In this document: positions 8,556-21,119 of the stretch, piece after piece
How positions within the stretch are numbered: position 1 is the stretch's first letter
Layout: every line of letters begins with the position of its first letter
Virus record (IMG/VR): IMGVR_UViG_3300032236_001631
Coordinates: 10,800-74,799 of that record
Length of the DNA: 64,000 bases
Origin: a virus
Lineage: Duplodnaviria; Caudoviricetes
Reading direction: 5' to 3' (one strand)
The notes under the pieces: generated by a model
Database searches by the model: none
Seen by the model: only the letters and a program-made list of their open reading frames with translations
What the model was told of the DNA's origin: nothing
Made by a program: the position numbers and the translations under genes

Positions 8556-9305
8556 TCACTTATGTAAAAAAGCAAATGGACACTTCTTTACTTCTCCTTG
8601 CTCATATTTCTTAGGTGAACGGAAAAACCTTTTATATCTGTCAAAGAAAACAGTATGTGCCTTTTCCCATTGAGTCTTGAAGAATCCTGTATCATAAGAG
8701 AATTCAGATTTAAAATCAGATCTCTTGAATGGAATTACTTGAATCAAAGGAGTTCCCTTTTCAATAAGACCTTCAAAGTTTTTCTTGAGAAAGAATGGAA
8801 AGTTTACAAACGTAGGATGTTTGTCAGTATCAACAATTGCAGGAAGACACTTGAAGGGAAGATCATCAGAATGAAGCGGATGAGTAAATAAACAAGACCA
8901 TCCTTTAGGTGTCTTAACAATCCAAGGATTGATCCATTTAAATACTGTTGGATAGTATCCTTCTGGAATAGGATATGTTTGAATTTGTTCTTGATTCTGT
9001 ATATCTACTACTTTAATAGTATCCCAAGACCATCTGATATTGATATCATCAGCCCCTTTGTTTTCTACCCATACATCTGAATGTAAAGGAATGTGATAAC
9101 CAGCAGTTATAGAATCAAATACTGGCATACATTTTTTGATGGTAGAAGTAGGATCACTATATTCATCTACTCCTTTCCTTCCACCAATATAAGAAGGAGT
9201 ATTACTAATCCACTCAGGAAGTTTTTGAATAGCTGGATAAGGTTTCTCCAAAACCTCTAACATTTCTTTTGTATCAGCTATAAACTGTATCTTTGACTTA
9301 CTCAT
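8556..9305 (-). CDS. DUF6065-like protein
   Basis: TIKKCMPVFDSITAGY, KWINPWIVKTPKGWSCLFTHP, IVDTD, GTPLIQVIPFKR; start 9305 inferred from promoter. Confidence 0.65.
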   Translation of the reverse strand: MSKSKIQFIADTKEMLEVLEKPYPAIQKLPEWISNTPSYIGGRKGVDEYSDPTSTIKKCMPVFDSITAGYHIPLHSDVWVENKGADDINIRWSWDTIKVVDIQNQEQIQTYPIPEGYYPTVFKWINPWIVKTPKGWSCLFTHPLHSDDLPFKCLPAIVDTDKHPTFVNFPFFLKKNFEGLIEKGTPLIQVIPFKRSDFKSEFSYDTGFFKTQWEKAHTVFFDRYKRFFRSPKKYEQGEVKKCPFAFLHK

Positions 9306-9311
9306 GCCATA

Positions 9312-9339
9312 ACTATAACCCAAAAACCATAGATGTCAA
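9312..9339 (-). promoter_or_regulatory. sigma70-like promoter TTGACA-N16-TATAGT, 6 nt before ATG 9305
   Basis: Read from sequence. Confidence 0.75.
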
Positions 9340-9527
9340 TCTATTTTTGAGATGAGTTCTGCAAGTTTCAGTAATTTCTTCTGTATTTCCTTTATCTGTT
9401 TCTTGTGTTTTGAACTAAAAATAGGTATCTTAACAGGAATAGGAACGACTCTTGGAATACTTCTAACAACATTAGAAGTAACTCCCATAGGAACATTTGA
9501 AATGTAATCTGAGGAAAAAGTATCCAT
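9336..9527 (-). CDS. hypothetical protein
   Basis: 63 aa ORF; TAAGTA/TAAATA upstream. Confidence 0.6.
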   Translation of the reverse strand: MDTFSSDYISNVPMGVTSNVVRSIPRVVPIPVKIPIFSSKHKKQIKEIQKKLLKLAELISKID

Positions 9528-9558
9528 CTTTTATTTACTTACTGTATTAAGTATAATT

Positions 9559-9723
9559 GTGGCAAACAATATCACAACTTTAAATTCTTACACAAGAGGA
9601 GCTTCTAATATAAGAGGCAGTTTTCTTATTTCTACTAATGATCCTAATGATTGTTATACAGGAGGAGTTACTATTACAGAAAATACTGATGAGTTTATTT
9701 CAGAAGATCTTCCTTTGGATTAA
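9559..9723 (+). CDS. small hypothetical late protein (54 aa, MANNITTLNSYTRG...)
   Basis: GTG start 5 nt after TAAGTA (9548-9553); read manually. Confidence 0.55.
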   Translation: MANNITTLNSYTRGASNIRGSFLISTNDPNDCYTGGVTITENTDEFISEDLPLD

Positions 9724-9735
9724 ATATTACTAAGC

Positions 9736-12700
9736 ATGTCTGCACCTTTAACTACAGTTTCACCTCTGACCTATCCTACATGGTTAAAATATCAAGGTAA
9801 TCTAAAGCCTGATACTGCTCCAGAATTGTATACTGAATATCTACATGAATGGTACAGAAACAATACTCTTTTAACTTCTAATAATAGTAATGCTATTAAA
9901 GAGAACTACATACAACTTTTAAAGGATCTAAGTTTTTTATTTGGTACACAGGAAAAAGATCTTTTCCTAGCTGATCTTGATTATACAAACGATGAAGAGC
10001 TTATTTTTGCTATTCCTTATTTTGTAAAGAAACTTAAAGAAATCTCCAAAGTATTATCAAATAAGAGAGAAGCGGTAAAAAATGCAAAATTAAGATATAA
10101 TCTGATTGGTTCTAATCATGGTTTAGAAACTCTTTTGTATGAATATATCCTAAAAGGATTTACCAAAGATGAAAATTATATTACTCAGGTTCCTATATCT
10201 TCTCTTTCAAACTTCTTTCCTAATCTTTCTTCGGTTAATGGAAACTTTTTTGTAGAATTAGAAGAACTGCATGATTCTCAAACCTATCATGATTCTGATC
10301 CATCTGTTTCTATTAATGAGTATGTTGATGTGACTCAGTTAGAGAATGAAATTCCTTTTGAAGGTTTATCTGAAGATGAAATACTAGGAATCATTTCAAC
10401 TCGTTATCTTTCAAGAATTGCTGATACTCCACTTTCAAGACTTTTTAATCAATATCTTCTTGAAGTTCCTACTCTTTCCACAGCTGCTCTTTCTAATAAA
10501 GTTAATGGGTTGGTATATAATCAAATTGCAGCTAACCAAAAATATCTTGGTGAAACTGTTTACGGTTTAACAGCAATAAGAACAAGTGAGATAAACACTC
10601 CTGATTATATTTTAAATCTTAGTTTTGAACAGGGTAATAATTGGTTTTATTGGCCCTCTGGTGACAAGATAGTTGATGATTCAAAATTTAATAATATTTT
10701 TTCACCTATTGCTATTAATGATACAAATTTTGTAGCTTCTAGTGCAACAGGAGGAAGTGATTATACAAACTCTGATTTATTATTTTCTGATAAAACAGGT
10801 ATAGTCGAAGGTGCTTGGCTAAGAGGTCCGAGAACTCAATATAGTTCTGATGTGATGAATCTTACCATCAAACCTAATATCACCAGAGATTTTATATTTC
10901 CGTATCCGGGTTTTAGTTTAACTTCAAAAGGAACTCTTTGGAATGGATATTCATTAAATGATAGTGATTATTTTTTATATGAAAAATTATTACCAGAACA
11001 AAGAAAAACAATATTAACAAAATATTATACAGAAACACTTCCAAGTTCAGCATCGCTTCCTATCTACATTAATGATACATCATTAATATATAATGGGGCA
11101 TATGCTGATAAATTCTCTGATACTGCTGATACAATTACCAAGAAACTCACATATAAAGGAATAAACACTATTTATAGTGATTCCCTTTCTGGTTCTATAG
11201 AACAGACATATCTTTATAAGTTTGATAAAACAGATTTTCCTATTTCAAAAGGAGTCAATGATATTATATGGCCCTTAGATGTTTTCGATTCTACTCAGAA
11301 CATTCCAATTACCGTTCTTAGTGATACTTGTATACCAGTAAAATTAAGTGAAATTGATATTCCTAATACAATGGCTGGTGCTGTAGCTGGTGCTAATTTT
11401 GGTGATGCTGATATAATTTATAAACTTAATACAAGAACAGATGATCCCATTGAGGCTGCATGGTTGGGTGCTGGTTTTGTTCATAGTCTTGATCTCACAT
11501 CAAAGATTGATATTTATAACACACCTGCTGTTAATTGTGCTACCTATGTGGATGGTATCATACAAGGAGCACTCTCAATAAAAATAGATCCAAGACAAAA
11601 GATTTCATTTGTATGGATGGATGAAGATACTTTTGCTGATGAAGTATTCTTCTATAGACAACATTCTGTTGATTGTCCTTATCTCAAGGAGTCTCCGCAT
11701 AACTACTATAAAAATCAAGACTATCAGAATCCAAATCCTATAAATAAACAACAAGGTTGGACAAAATGTAGATGTAAATCAATTCATTATTCTCCTATTG
11801 GACATTCAGGTTCAAAGGTTACAGATTACAATAAGATGGCAGATTATTTATTTGCTGATCCTCAATGCTTGGGAGTGGATTTTGCATTTAATACATGGAC
11901 TGATACTCGTGGATTTAATTACACAAATAGTCCACAGTTCTCTTTCTATCAGTTAGATGAACAAGAAGGTGATAATCAGGTAGGATGGGGAACAGGTAAA
12001 TGGAAAACACCTACAGGTGATTCAATGATTCTTAAGACAGGAAGAGTCTATACCTATTATCGTACTTCATTTAGAAGTGATTATATTACATCATCCGATA
12101 ACACAAGTCCTTATCTTATAGTAAACTATCCTTATAAAAATATAAAAGGATTATATTCTAATACAGCTTCCAATCAATATGATATTTCCATTATCATTGA
12201 TAAGAGTCGTTCTGAAAATAGAAATATAGATCAAACATTAGAATTGGTAAAGTCATTTGCCAATAATTTAATCAATAGTAACATTGATACACAAATATCT
12301 ATCATATCATTCAACAAAAATGCAACCGTAGCATCTTATCTGACTCATGATATAAATGCCATCAACTATAATATTGATAGTATTACTGTTGATACCACAT
12401 ATCCAGAATATAAAACAGACATCTATTCAGCTTTAAAAATTTCTCAGAGTGTATTGGACACTACTATTATTGATAATAATCAAGCAACAAGTTTCTATGA
12501 ACTTTGTAATTCTCTAAATGCAACAATAAAAAAAACAGGCACATTTAATATAACAAGAAACATCCCTAGAAGTAATGCTAAAAAGGTTATAATTCTTTTA
12601 AGTGATGGGTATGAAACATTAAATGTTGGAAATGCTGTTCCTTATGCACAGACATTAAAAGATGCTGGAAAATATATATATGCAATTGATATCGGACCTA

Positions 12701-14256
12701 ATTCAAGTTATGACGATACAATGGAACAGATAGCAAGTAATAAAGGATATTTCAATTTACAAAAATATCTCACACAGGGAGATGGTAATATTAATAACTT
12801 TATACAGTATATTCTTTCAGTATTCAGTGAAAACAAACTTTCTGTTGTTCCTAGATGGTATAAGGCAATTAGAGATACTTCTGGTAATTGGATAACAACA
12901 ACCGATATCTCTGACATGGAACTTTTACCGGGTGATTACATTACATATGTCCACAGAGAACAGGCAACATATAGCAGTAATAATAGCATTTCATTCTCAA
13001 CACCTTCTATATCATTCACGGTTAATATAAAGTTAAACGGATGGAATTATAAAACAAACAGTTTTTCTTTAACTTCTATCGGAAGTATTTATGGGGCAAA
13101 GCCTTTCTGGGGAAAGAGCTATGTGACTCCTGAAGAAAATTATGATCAGCATTTTGATAAACAGGTAATATCATTCGGAGGACAAGTAAGATTCATTGAT
13201 GGATATCTTCCTGTTCACCAGCCAGAAATATCTCCGATGGTTTTAAATAATGGAAATCTATTAAGTTACACAAGAAATGGAGACAATAATCTTATATGGA
13301 ATCAACCTCTTTCATTTGGTGTAAATCTTTCTTCTTATCAATGGAATAAAATTGTCTTTTATAAAGATTATTCAAATCTACAAGATATGTTTAGAAGTGG
13401 AAACAATTTAGATTTAATTGGTTATAGTTCTAATGAAGCAAGTGATATAATGTTAGAAAGCTATTCTGCTTTTACTCCTTCCAAGTATAACTACTTCGCT
13501 CGTAATGCTTTTAATTATATACAAAATCTTTATTATAAAAGTAAATGCTTAACAAGCTTTGTACAGTTTAGTACTGGTGTTGCAGTTGAGGCAGTTCACC
13601 CATATGCAAACCTTGATAATGTTCACTATCCAACCGTAGCTACTGTTTCCTTTCCTTCGCTTGCCAAGTCTGATAAGGAAATAGGTGAATATATGTTACC
13701 TGAAAAATTAGGTGTATCATATTGGAGAGGTCGTGGATATACTATTAATGTAAGCGGAGATACATTAACATTCATTGATGGTATTAGTGCCGAGAGATTA
13801 TTCCTTAATACTAATAAGTTTGGTCCTCGTCAAAGAGGATTAACAAAGAACGATCAATATTCTCCTGTAGTTATTGATAATATTGATAATAGATGGATGA
13901 TGGAATCCTATAGTTCATCAAATGCAGCAGGAAGAGTTACTGACACATTAAATAATCAAAAATTTACTCCATATCAATCAAAATATGAAATAACAAAAAA
14001 GAATACTCTTGGTTTATCAAGGCAAAATGATGATTTTGATTTTTGGAATTTTCCAATTCCCGGTACTTGGAATAAACCAGAAAAATATCCTGTAACATTT
14101 AGACAAGAATTATTAACTTCTTCTTATGAAAACAGAAAGAAAGAATTACTTGTAGATAAAGGTAATATGGTGGATTGGAAAAATGATATTTTTGGAAATA
14201 ATTATGGGCTATTCAAATCTCAATATACATTAAATAAATTCTTAAGTGGTATATGA
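9736..14256 (+). CDS. large virion (baseplate/tail) protein with an internal von Willebrand A domain
   Basis: 1506 aa; [16 protein letters not shown] motif, [15 protein letters not shown]; TAAATA at 9721. Confidence 0.7.
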   Translation: MSAPLTTVSPLTYPTWLKYQGNLKPDTAPELYTEYLHEWYRNNTLLTSNNSNAIKENYIQLLKDLSFLFGTQEKDLFLADLDYTNDEELIFAIPYFVKKLKEISKVLSNKREAVKNAKLRYNLIGSNHGLETLLYEYILKGFTKDENYITQVPISSLSNFFPNLSSVNGNFFVELEELHDSQTYHDSDPSVSINEYVDVTQLENEIPFEGLSEDEILGIISTRYLSRIADTPLSRLFNQYLLEVPTLSTAALSNKVNGLVYNQIAANQKYLGETVYGLTAIRTSEINTPDYILNLSFEQGNNWFYWPSGDKIVDDSKFNNIFSPIAINDTNFVASSATGGSDYTNSDLLFSDKTGIVEGAWLRGPRTQYSSDVMNLTIKPNITRDFIFPYPGFSLTSKGTLWNGYSLNDSDYFLYEKLLPEQRKTILTKYYTETLPSSASLPIYINDTSLIYNGAYADKFSDTADTITKKLTYKGINTIYSDSLSGSIEQTYLYKFDKTDFPISKGVNDIIWPLDVFDSTQNIPITVLSDTCIPVKLSEIDIPNTMAGAVAGANFGDADIIYKLNTRTDDPIEAAWLGAGFVHSLDLTSKIDIYNTPAVNCATYVDGIIQGALSIKIDPRQKISFVWMDEDTFADEVFFYRQHSVDCPYLKESPHNYYKNQDYQNPNPINKQQGWTKCRCKSIHYSPIGHSGSKVTDYNKMADYLFADPQCLGVDFAFNTWTDTRGFNYTNSPQFSFYQLDEQEGDNQVGWGTGKWKTPTGDSMILKTGRVYTYYRTSFRSDYITSSDNTSPYLIVNYPYKNIKGLYSNTASNQYDISIIIDKSRSENRNIDQTLELVKSFANNLINSNIDTQISIISFNKNATVASYLTHDINAINYNIDSITVDTTYPEYKTDIYSALKISQSVLDTTIIDNNQATSFYELCNSLNATIKKTGTFNITRNIPRSNAKKVIILLSDGYETLNVGNAVPYAQTLKDAGKYIYAIDIGPNSSYDDTMEQIASNKGYFNLQKYLTQGDGNINNFIQYILSVFSENKLSVVPRWYKAIRDTSGNWITTTDISDMELLPGDYITYVHREQATYSSNNSISFSTPSISFTVNIKLNGWNYKTNSFSLTSIGSIYGAKPFWGKSYVTPEENYDQHFDKQVISFGGQVRFIDGYLPVHQPEISPMVLNNGNLLSYTRNGDNNLIWNQPLSFGVNLSSYQWNKIVFYKDYSNLQDMFRSGNNLDLIGYSSNEASDIMLESYSAFTPSKYNYFARNAFNYIQNLYYKSKCLTSFVQFSTGVAVEAVHPYANLDNVHYPTVATVSFPSLAKSDKEIGEYMLPEKLGVSYWRGRGYTINVSGDTLTFIDGISAERLFLNTNKFGPRQRGLTKNDQYSPVVIDNIDNRWMMESYSSSNAAGRVTDTLNNQKFTPYQSKYEITKKNTLGLSRQNDDFDFWNFPIPGTWNKPEKYPVTFRQELLTSSYENRKKELLVDKGNMVDWKNDIFGNNYGLFKSQYTLNKFLSGI

Positions 14257-15311
14257 AAATAATAGAAATACCTTTAGAAATAACCTGTGATTGTACTCCT
14301 GTTCCTACTCCAACAGGAACTCCTAGACCTACGCCTACACCTACACCTGTACCAACTCCTACACCTACCCATACTCCAACTCCTACTCCAACTCCTACAC
14401 CTACTCCGACACCAACTCCAACACCTACTCCAACGCCAACGCCAACGGTAAGACCTACTGTTACTCCAACTCCTACACCAACTCCTACATTACCTCCAAC
14501 TCCTACACCAACTCCTACACCAACTCCTACATTACCTCCATTACCTTCATTACCTCCTATATATCCACCATATAATCCTCCTAAATATCCAAAACAAAAA
14601 GTTGTTCCATCTCCTCCTTCTCCTCCTCCTCCTATAATTGGTGTTAATTCGTGTTATATAGGATTTGGAGCATCTACAGGTGCATATAATTCTGAACAAT
14701 GGGTTCATGATTTTATTTTTACTAATAACTATCAAACAATTAGATTGAGTGATATTGTTAATAATCCTGCTATTGTAGGAAATGCTATAATAGAAAATGG
14801 TCAGATAAGATTGACACCACCAGTATATGCACAAGCAGGAAATGTATATTATGATATTCCTGCATATGTTACGGATATAAATAATAACTATATAGATTTT
14901 TCTGTATATATGAAGATGTCTATGGGTGGTACAACATCAGGACAACATGCTGATGGTCTTGGTTTTATAATGCAAAGTAATACTACTGATTTTGGTGGAG
15001 GTGGTGGTGGAATTGGTTATGGTGGAATTCCTAATAGTATTGGTATCATGTGTGATAATTACCAAAACGAGTTTGATCCAAATAATAATCACATGGAACT
15101 TGATGTAAATGGTGTTGTTGAAAACTCTTTAATAACAGCCACACCTTCATTCGAAATGTGGCAACCAGATCCCTATGTTTATAGATATATTTGGATAGAT
15201 TATAAAAATGGAATATTTTATATCTATATTTCAGAAAGTAATTCAAAACCATTAACACCTCTTATAACATATGAATTGGATATAAGAAATTATCTAATTC
15301 TTAATAACTAA
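14253..15311 (+). CDS. Pro/Thr-linker protein with C-terminal legume (L-type) lectin domain
   Basis: (PT)n stretch, then [45 protein letters not shown]. Confidence 0.85.
   Translation: MKIIEIPLEITCDCTPVPTPTGTPRPTPTPTPVPTPTPTHTPTPTPTPTPTPTPTPTPTPTPTPTVRPTVTPTPTPTPTLPPTPTPTPTPTPTLPPLPSLPPIYPPYNPPKYPKQKVVPSPPSPPPPIIGVNSCYIGFGASTGAYNSEQWVHDFIFTNNYQTIRLSDIVNNPAIVGNAIIENGQIRLTPPVYAQAGNVYYDIPAYVTDINNNYIDFSVYMKMSMGGTTSGQHADGLGFIMQSNTTDFGGGGGGIGYGGIPNSIGIMCDNYQNEFDPNNNHMELDVNGVVENSLITATPSFEMWQPDPYVYRYIWIDYKNGIFYIYISESNSKPLTPLITYELDIRNYLILNN
14295..14635 (+). repeat. Pro-Thr / poly-Pro coding repeat
   Basis: ccaactcctaca-type hexamer repeats. Confidence 0.9.
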
Positions 15312-15353
15312 GATATTACTTTTTTAGGCTCTTTTACTAAATATTAGAGTAAC

Positions 15354-18300
15354 ATGGCATCAACTCAGGCATATTTCATAAACGAAGTAGGTACTTGGCC
15401 CAATGAAGTCTATAAAATAGCTTTATCTGGTCAATTAATCAATCCTGATTTAAATTATTTACCAGCCGAAAACTTTTTTCGTTTTTATAAAGATTCTACA
15501 CTGCCTATAAACTATCTATCAAAATATGATTATCTTGCTACAAGACCTTCATTCGATGCACAAGGATTGGTACAGATAGATACATATAGTAATTCCTTAT
15601 TGGTTTGGAATGTTAGTGCAGAAAGAAGATCATTCAATATTGGAAATATTTTCAATTCTCTTAATATTGATGTAAAACCGGGTGTTCCTGCTGACCAGAA
15701 GTTTTATTCTTATCTTCTATATCCAAAAAGACTTTTTTTAAAACCAACAGGTATTCCTACTCTTGTTGGTGGTAATTGGGTTTTAAATACTCAAACAGTA
15801 TTATTAGATACTAATACTTCTTATTTTTATTCTTCTGCTGTAGATACTGATGTTGCATATGCACACTTAAATTATCTTAAAACCCAACCATCAACAACTT
15901 CCATACCTTCAAACTCTAATTTCTCACTTGTTTATAACATTTCTGCAACTCGTACTAGAGCAGATTTACCATTAATAAACTTTACCAATACATATAATCC
16001 AGTTTATTATTCAACTGTTTTAGAAAACGTTCCAGTAGGAATTACTGATAAATGCAGAATCAGACCCAATTCTACCTATATATCATATGCTGTAAATTTT
16101 TATGCTAATGATGAAAATAAAAATACAATTTTAGGAAATCTTGGTCAGATAAGACCTGATACTATTAATACAACTCTTCCAACAATTAAATCTTCTTATA
16201 TAATGAATTACGATCCTAATGGATCTAATCCTAATCTACAAGCTTTCCAGCTTTTACAGATTAAGAATGATGGAGATAAGAATATAGATCTTAGTGATGC
16301 AAGATATTGTGTATTAAGTGGTGTATTTGATCTGTCCACAAGTAACTTTACCTACTATAGTGATAACTATCAATCTTCCAATGGTTCTATAGTAAACGTA
16401 GTAACTGGTATACCTGATACATATATTGGAGTAAGCTATATAGCAGACTGTCCTACCATGCAGTTTTCTCAAGAGAGATGGCAAGATACTGTTATTTCTG
16501 TAGAAACACAATTAGGTACTCCTATCAGTACAACATCAATACCTGCAAGTATTAACTGGACTACAAAATACCCACCTCATTATTATTCTTATAAGGTATC
16601 TCTTTCTGGATCAGCAGAAAGTACTTACAATACATTGAGTTCATTGATGGAAACATCAAATCTTACTTGGTATCTATATTCATCAGCTGTATCTGCTGGA
16701 TATACTTCAAGTAACTATACAACTTCTATAGCACTATCTTCATTTATAACATCTGACTATAACTTTGTAAGTTATGATCTTTTTAATGGAGCAAATAAAG
16801 ACTATATTAAGTTTACTCCTTTAGTAAAATCAAATACAATATTTCTTTCTTCTCTATATTGTTATTACGGAAAAGATTTAAATAATTCTTATTCATTGAT
16901 AGATACACCTTGGATTCCTGCTTCTGCTGCAAATAACTTCATTATTACATATCCTGTAGTTACTCATGGTGAGTTAAATTTCTCAATTAGACCCACTCTT
17001 TGTTCTATAGCTGGTTATCTTGATGCATATCAAGCAACGCAAATAAACTTGGCAATAGGACAAGCTCCTGTAAATATTGGTCAACCAATCTTTATATCAA
17101 AGATAATGGAAGTAGAAGATTATATAGAAGTAGATTCTTCTTTCTTAATATCTGCAAGTTCTTGGCCCACAAGAGATTTAACAAATTCCTATGTTTCTTG
17201 GTTTTTTACACCAACAAGTACATTTGTAAGCATCAATGCAGTTGATTCTAATGGAATTTATCTACAGCAAATTCCTGCATTTAGTGCTGTTCCTTTTAAT
17301 TCTAATACATGGGCAGTAGTTGTTTCTGGATATGGTCCGCAGACAACAGTAATCAATCTTTCATCACAGAAATATAATGAAGTGACAAATCTTACTTCAA
17401 ATTCTTCGTTGTTTAATTATTTCACCGAAGGAAAACTTTTAGTAGGATCTCCTCTTGGTCTTAACAATTATAATCCTACAAGAACAATTTATCTAACCGC
17501 TGGTGTTCCTTATAAAGGAAGACAGTATAATCTTCCAAACAATACACAAGTTAGTTGGATTTGGTCTTATAATAATGATATAAATTATGAAACAATTCCT
17601 GTCAGTGCTTATTTCTTACCAACACTAAGTTCATATCCATACGGTTATGATTTAGACAGTTCTCTTTTAAGTTCTGTTACAATTAATGTAATTCCTCCCT
17701 TTAAGGCTGATACTCCACAAGTTAATAATGTTAATACAACAATTTCTATTGATACACAAGATGGATTAATACAAGGAAATTATAATTTTTATGTTGATGA
17801 TTTTCCAGATCCTTCTATTTTTAATACAGACTTTGCTGCTTACTATACTGCCTTCCAAGATGTTTCTGCACAAATTCTTAGTACAAGAGATGGTAAAAAT
17901 GTAATAACAAGACCAAACGATGGAACTAATAATTTTACATTCTCTGCATTAGGAGATGTTATTCCTAATATTACAAATGCTACTATAGTTTGGAATTTAT
18001 CAAGTGATAGTGGATATAACATTCAAAGCTATTCATTAAATCCAATAAATTTTACAACATCAAATGTATCAAAAACATTAGTTACATTAAGTGCTTTAAG
18101 TGCTGTTGTTCCCGGTTGGACAAGTGCTCATAATGTACAATCAAATGTTATTGTTTATGTCTTAGATTCAGTAACATTCTACACTCCTTTGGATTTCTTA
18201 TCAATACCTGAGTTCTTCTGGATTGATGGAAGAAACCTAATCATCAGTAATCAGACAAATTATACATTACTTTCTGTTAACACAGCATTTGAAAATAAAA

Positions 18301-21053
18301 CATCAAATAGTCAAAGATATTATCTATCTGCTAATAAGTCATTCTTGAATGATTTTAAATATTATACAGGATCTACTAATTCAACAAATATTAGCGGAGT
18401 TTCTTCATATTATCAACTAGTTGATATTCCATATCAAAGTGAATTTTTTACCAATATTGGATTACCTATAAGTCTCACTGCTTACAATGATACTACATTC
18501 CCTGAATATAATGGAATTTATTACAGCATACCAGTAGGATCAAATCTTGTAACTTCTAAATTTAATATCACAAGTCAAAGTGAAATAGGAAATTCAATAC
18601 CATTAAAAAATTCTCCTAAGTTAATTCCTTATAGTCCTATAACCGTTTCTTTTACTTCAAATACAACTTCTATTAATCTTGATACTGATAGAATTGTATC
18701 AGTAACACAAACAATTAGTACAAATCCACTTGAATCTGCTGTACAGCTTATAGATGGAACCATTACCTATACACTTTCCACATATTATTGGAGTGTTAAT
18801 AAAGATATTCCAGCAATCAATGGATCATATGATATATTCCAACTTTCTATAGGTGATCCTATTAATGAATTGACTGTTAGTGGAACAAAAAATAATAGTC
18901 TTTTTCTATCTGCATCTGCCAACCTTTCGAAGAAAATATATCCTTCTACATTTAGCAATTATGCAGAAAATCAATATACCGGACCTAGAGATATCTGGAA
19001 TACTGTAACACAGACAGTAACATCACTTTCTGGATTCACACCTATAGCTGCAAATAGTAATGCTATAAATCCTGAAATTTATATTTCAACAACATATGCA
19101 TTAACCGGACAAAATATTTTTATCCAATATAATACTCCATATAATCAAAGTGAATATTATGTAGTTGCTTATATGACAGATTTCGGTGAACCAGACTCTG
19201 CTAGAATATCTGCATATGATTCATCCATTTTTTATAACTATAAGAAAAAGGGAACTTTCTATATTTCTTACAGTGCATTATACAATGATGGATCTATAAA
19301 ATACTATCAACATCCTAATCCTATAATAATCGAACCTTCATGGGAAGTATATGATCCTAATGCTCTTAGATTCATAGAAGAAACAACTCTTACACTTCCT
19401 TATAATGATCAAGATATAATGATTCAACCGAATGAATGGGGAGATGCTGATATTTTTAATACATCTATTTTTAGATTACAGGATAATCTTGACTATCTTG
19501 CTTCAAATTTACAGACACTTAATACTGCTTCTCCTACATTATTATTCGGTTGGCTTGGAAGTAATGCTGTGAATCAAGTAGATGGTATCAGATGGTATAC
19601 AAAAGATTTTGGTAGTGAATATCATCTCAATCCTTCTCTTTCAATATCAACAGGAACCACTTATTTTAATAGCATTAAGGATGCTATAGAAATAAATGAT
19701 CATATATTTGTAATTGATAGTACAAAGTTTAGATCATTCTCTGCTGGTAACTTTGCTCCTGATATTAATTTTATAGGTTCATCTGATTTAGATTCTGTAT
19801 TCTTAACTCCTATTTCCATAGAAACAAATGATACTGGTGATATAATATATGTTGCAGATCCTCCTAAAAATAAAATTTATAGATTTGATATGGAATATAA
19901 TGGATATAATTCCGTATTAAATTATACATTAAATATAGGTAGTCTTGGATCTAAACAAGATACAAACAAATTCAATTCACCATCTGAATTAGCATTTGGT
20001 TTAGGAAATCTTTTTGTTCTTGATTATAATAATTTCTGTATAAAAGAATATAATCCAGACTTGAATTGGATTCATACATATAGCGCAGATGAATTAGATG
20101 ATGATCAACCAATAAACATCGCAGTTCATCCTAGATTTGGATTCCTTTATGTATTAACAAAATCACATACAGTTTATGTATTTGATCCTCTCGCAACAAC
20201 ATACTTCTCAAAATTCTTCATTCCTCAAACTTCTTCTAAAAAAATAGTTAAAATGATATTTGATGAAGTAGGAGATTTCTTATATATTATAGGAACCAAT
20301 AATGTTTACAAGTATTCTTCGTCTGGATACTTTATATCTGAATTAAATCTTCCTTCTGGATTAACATATATAGGAGGAAAAAAGTCTTCTAATCGTTCTA
20401 TACTTCTTTTCACAGAAAAAGCTATTATAAAACTACAAGATATTCTTGAGGTTCATAAGGTAGGAGAAGGATTACCTTCACAATATTGGTCTAAAGATCA
20501 ATTAATAGTGGATAGAGATGAATTAGCTTCTGATACAAACTATAATCGCTGTTTGGTTAGAATGGCACAGAACCTAAAGACATTTAGAAATTCATTAAAC
20601 TATAAACTAGTTCTTGCTACAGAACAAACATCTACAAATATCATTACATATTTTGCTTCTGTTCCTATAGCAATATCAGATCGTCCTATATTTGATCCTA
20701 CAATAGAAGGAGAGGTGTTAAGTGTAGGTGTTAATGAATTACATTTACCACAATCAATTAATAAAGAATTAATTAAGCTTTATAGTGCGGTATATGATTT
20801 AAAATCTTTCTTAGATATCACTAACTATAATATCCAAAGTAACAATACTTCTGGTGGATGTGGATCACAGTTCTGTTGGTCTTGGAAAGCTATGTCATGC
20901 TACAATTTAACGCTACCTGCTGTTAGAATTTGTAATATCAATCCTATTACATATGCAGAATTAGAATCATCATTCCCTGTAAGCTATGCACCAACAAAAA
21001 CATGGATAGATGCTACTTCAGAATGTTGTAATAAAGTGATACCTCCAGTATAA
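15354..21053 (+). CDS. giant virion protein with C-terminal PKD-like and NHL/beta-propeller repeats
   Basis: 1899 aa, S/T/N-rich; IYVADPPKNKIYRFD and FNSPSELAF..LFVLDYNN NHL-like repeats; TAAATA at 15338. Confidence 0.7.
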   Translation: MASTQAYFINEVGTWPNEVYKIALSGQLINPDLNYLPAENFFRFYKDSTLPINYLSKYDYLATRPSFDAQGLVQIDTYSNSLLVWNVSAERRSFNIGNIFNSLNIDVKPGVPADQKFYSYLLYPKRLFLKPTGIPTLVGGNWVLNTQTVLLDTNTSYFYSSAVDTDVAYAHLNYLKTQPSTTSIPSNSNFSLVYNISATRTRADLPLINFTNTYNPVYYSTVLENVPVGITDKCRIRPNSTYISYAVNFYANDENKNTILGNLGQIRPDTINTTLPTIKSSYIMNYDPNGSNPNLQAFQLLQIKNDGDKNIDLSDARYCVLSGVFDLSTSNFTYYSDNYQSSNGSIVNVVTGIPDTYIGVSYIADCPTMQFSQERWQDTVISVETQLGTPISTTSIPASINWTTKYPPHYYSYKVSLSGSAESTYNTLSSLMETSNLTWYLYSSAVSAGYTSSNYTTSIALSSFITSDYNFVSYDLFNGANKDYIKFTPLVKSNTIFLSSLYCYYGKDLNNSYSLIDTPWIPASAANNFIITYPVVTHGELNFSIRPTLCSIAGYLDAYQATQINLAIGQAPVNIGQPIFISKIMEVEDYIEVDSSFLISASSWPTRDLTNSYVSWFFTPTSTFVSINAVDSNGIYLQQIPAFSAVPFNSNTWAVVVSGYGPQTTVINLSSQKYNEVTNLTSNSSLFNYFTEGKLLVGSPLGLNNYNPTRTIYLTAGVPYKGRQYNLPNNTQVSWIWSYNNDINYETIPVSAYFLPTLSSYPYGYDLDSSLLSSVTINVIPPFKADTPQVNNVNTTISIDTQDGLIQGNYNFYVDDFPDPSIFNTDFAAYYTAFQDVSAQILSTRDGKNVITRPNDGTNNFTFSALGDVIPNITNATIVWNLSSDSGYNIQSYSLNPINFTTSNVSKTLVTLSALSAVVPGWTSAHNVQSNVIVYVLDSVTFYTPLDFLSIPEFFWIDGRNLIISNQTNYTLLSVNTAFENKTSNSQRYYLSANKSFLNDFKYYTGSTNSTNISGVSSYYQLVDIPYQSEFFTNIGLPISLTAYNDTTFPEYNGIYYSIPVGSNLVTSKFNITSQSEIGNSIPLKNSPKLIPYSPITVSFTSNTTSINLDTDRIVSVTQTISTNPLESAVQLIDGTITYTLSTYYWSVNKDIPAINGSYDIFQLSIGDPINELTVSGTKNNSLFLSASANLSKKIYPSTFSNYAENQYTGPRDIWNTVTQTVTSLSGFTPIAANSNAINPEIYISTTYALTGQNIFIQYNTPYNQSEYYVVAYMTDFGEPDSARISAYDSSIFYNYKKKGTFYISYSALYNDGSIKYYQHPNPIIIEPSWEVYDPNALRFIEETTLTLPYNDQDIMIQPNEWGDADIFNTSIFRLQDNLDYLASNLQTLNTASPTLLFGWLGSNAVNQVDGIRWYTKDFGSEYHLNPSLSISTGTTYFNSIKDAIEINDHIFVIDSTKFRSFSAGNFAPDINFIGSSDLDSVFLTPISIETNDTGDIIYVADPPKNKIYRFDMEYNGYNSVLNYTLNIGSLGSKQDTNKFNSPSELAFGLGNLFVLDYNNFCIKEYNPDLNWIHTYSADELDDDQPINIAVHPRFGFLYVLTKSHTVYVFDPLATTYFSKFFIPQTSSKKIVKMIFDEVGDFLYIIGTNNVYKYSSSGYFISELNLPSGLTYIGGKKSSNRSILLFTEKAIIKLQDILEVHKVGEGLPSQYWSKDQLIVDRDELASDTNYNRCLVRMAQNLKTFRNSLNYKLVLATEQTSTNIITYFASVPIAISDRPIFDPTIEGEVLSVGVNELHLPQSINKELIKLYSAVYDLKSFLDITNYNIQSNNTSGGCGSQFCWSWKAMSCYNLTLPAVRICNINPITYAELESSFPVSYAPTKTWIDATSECCNKVIPPV

Positions 21054-21056
21054 ATA
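21049..21056 (+). promoter_or_regulatory. T4-type late promoter TATAAATA
   Basis: Exact T4 late consensus overlapping the upstream stop codon. Confidence 0.7.
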
Positions 21057-21063
21057 TTTGTAC

Positions 21064-21116
21064 ATTCGATAAAGTGACCCGCATGGGTTCCAGTAGAAAT
21101 ACTGCGACTTGAGAAT
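21064..21116 (+). ncRNA. candidate structured 5' leader RNA (three-way junction)
   Basis: AAGT/ACTT closing stem, GACCC-GCAT-GGGTT hairpin and CAGTA-GAAA-TACTG hairpin; GC-rich in an AT-rich spacer. Confidence 0.45.
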
Positions 21117-21119
21117 AAT

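Noticed and set aside
21064-21116. Hammerhead ribozyme or tRNA interpretation of the structured leader
   Set aside because: No CUGANGA core and no cloverleaf or TTC-GA T-loop; retained only as an unknown structured RNA.
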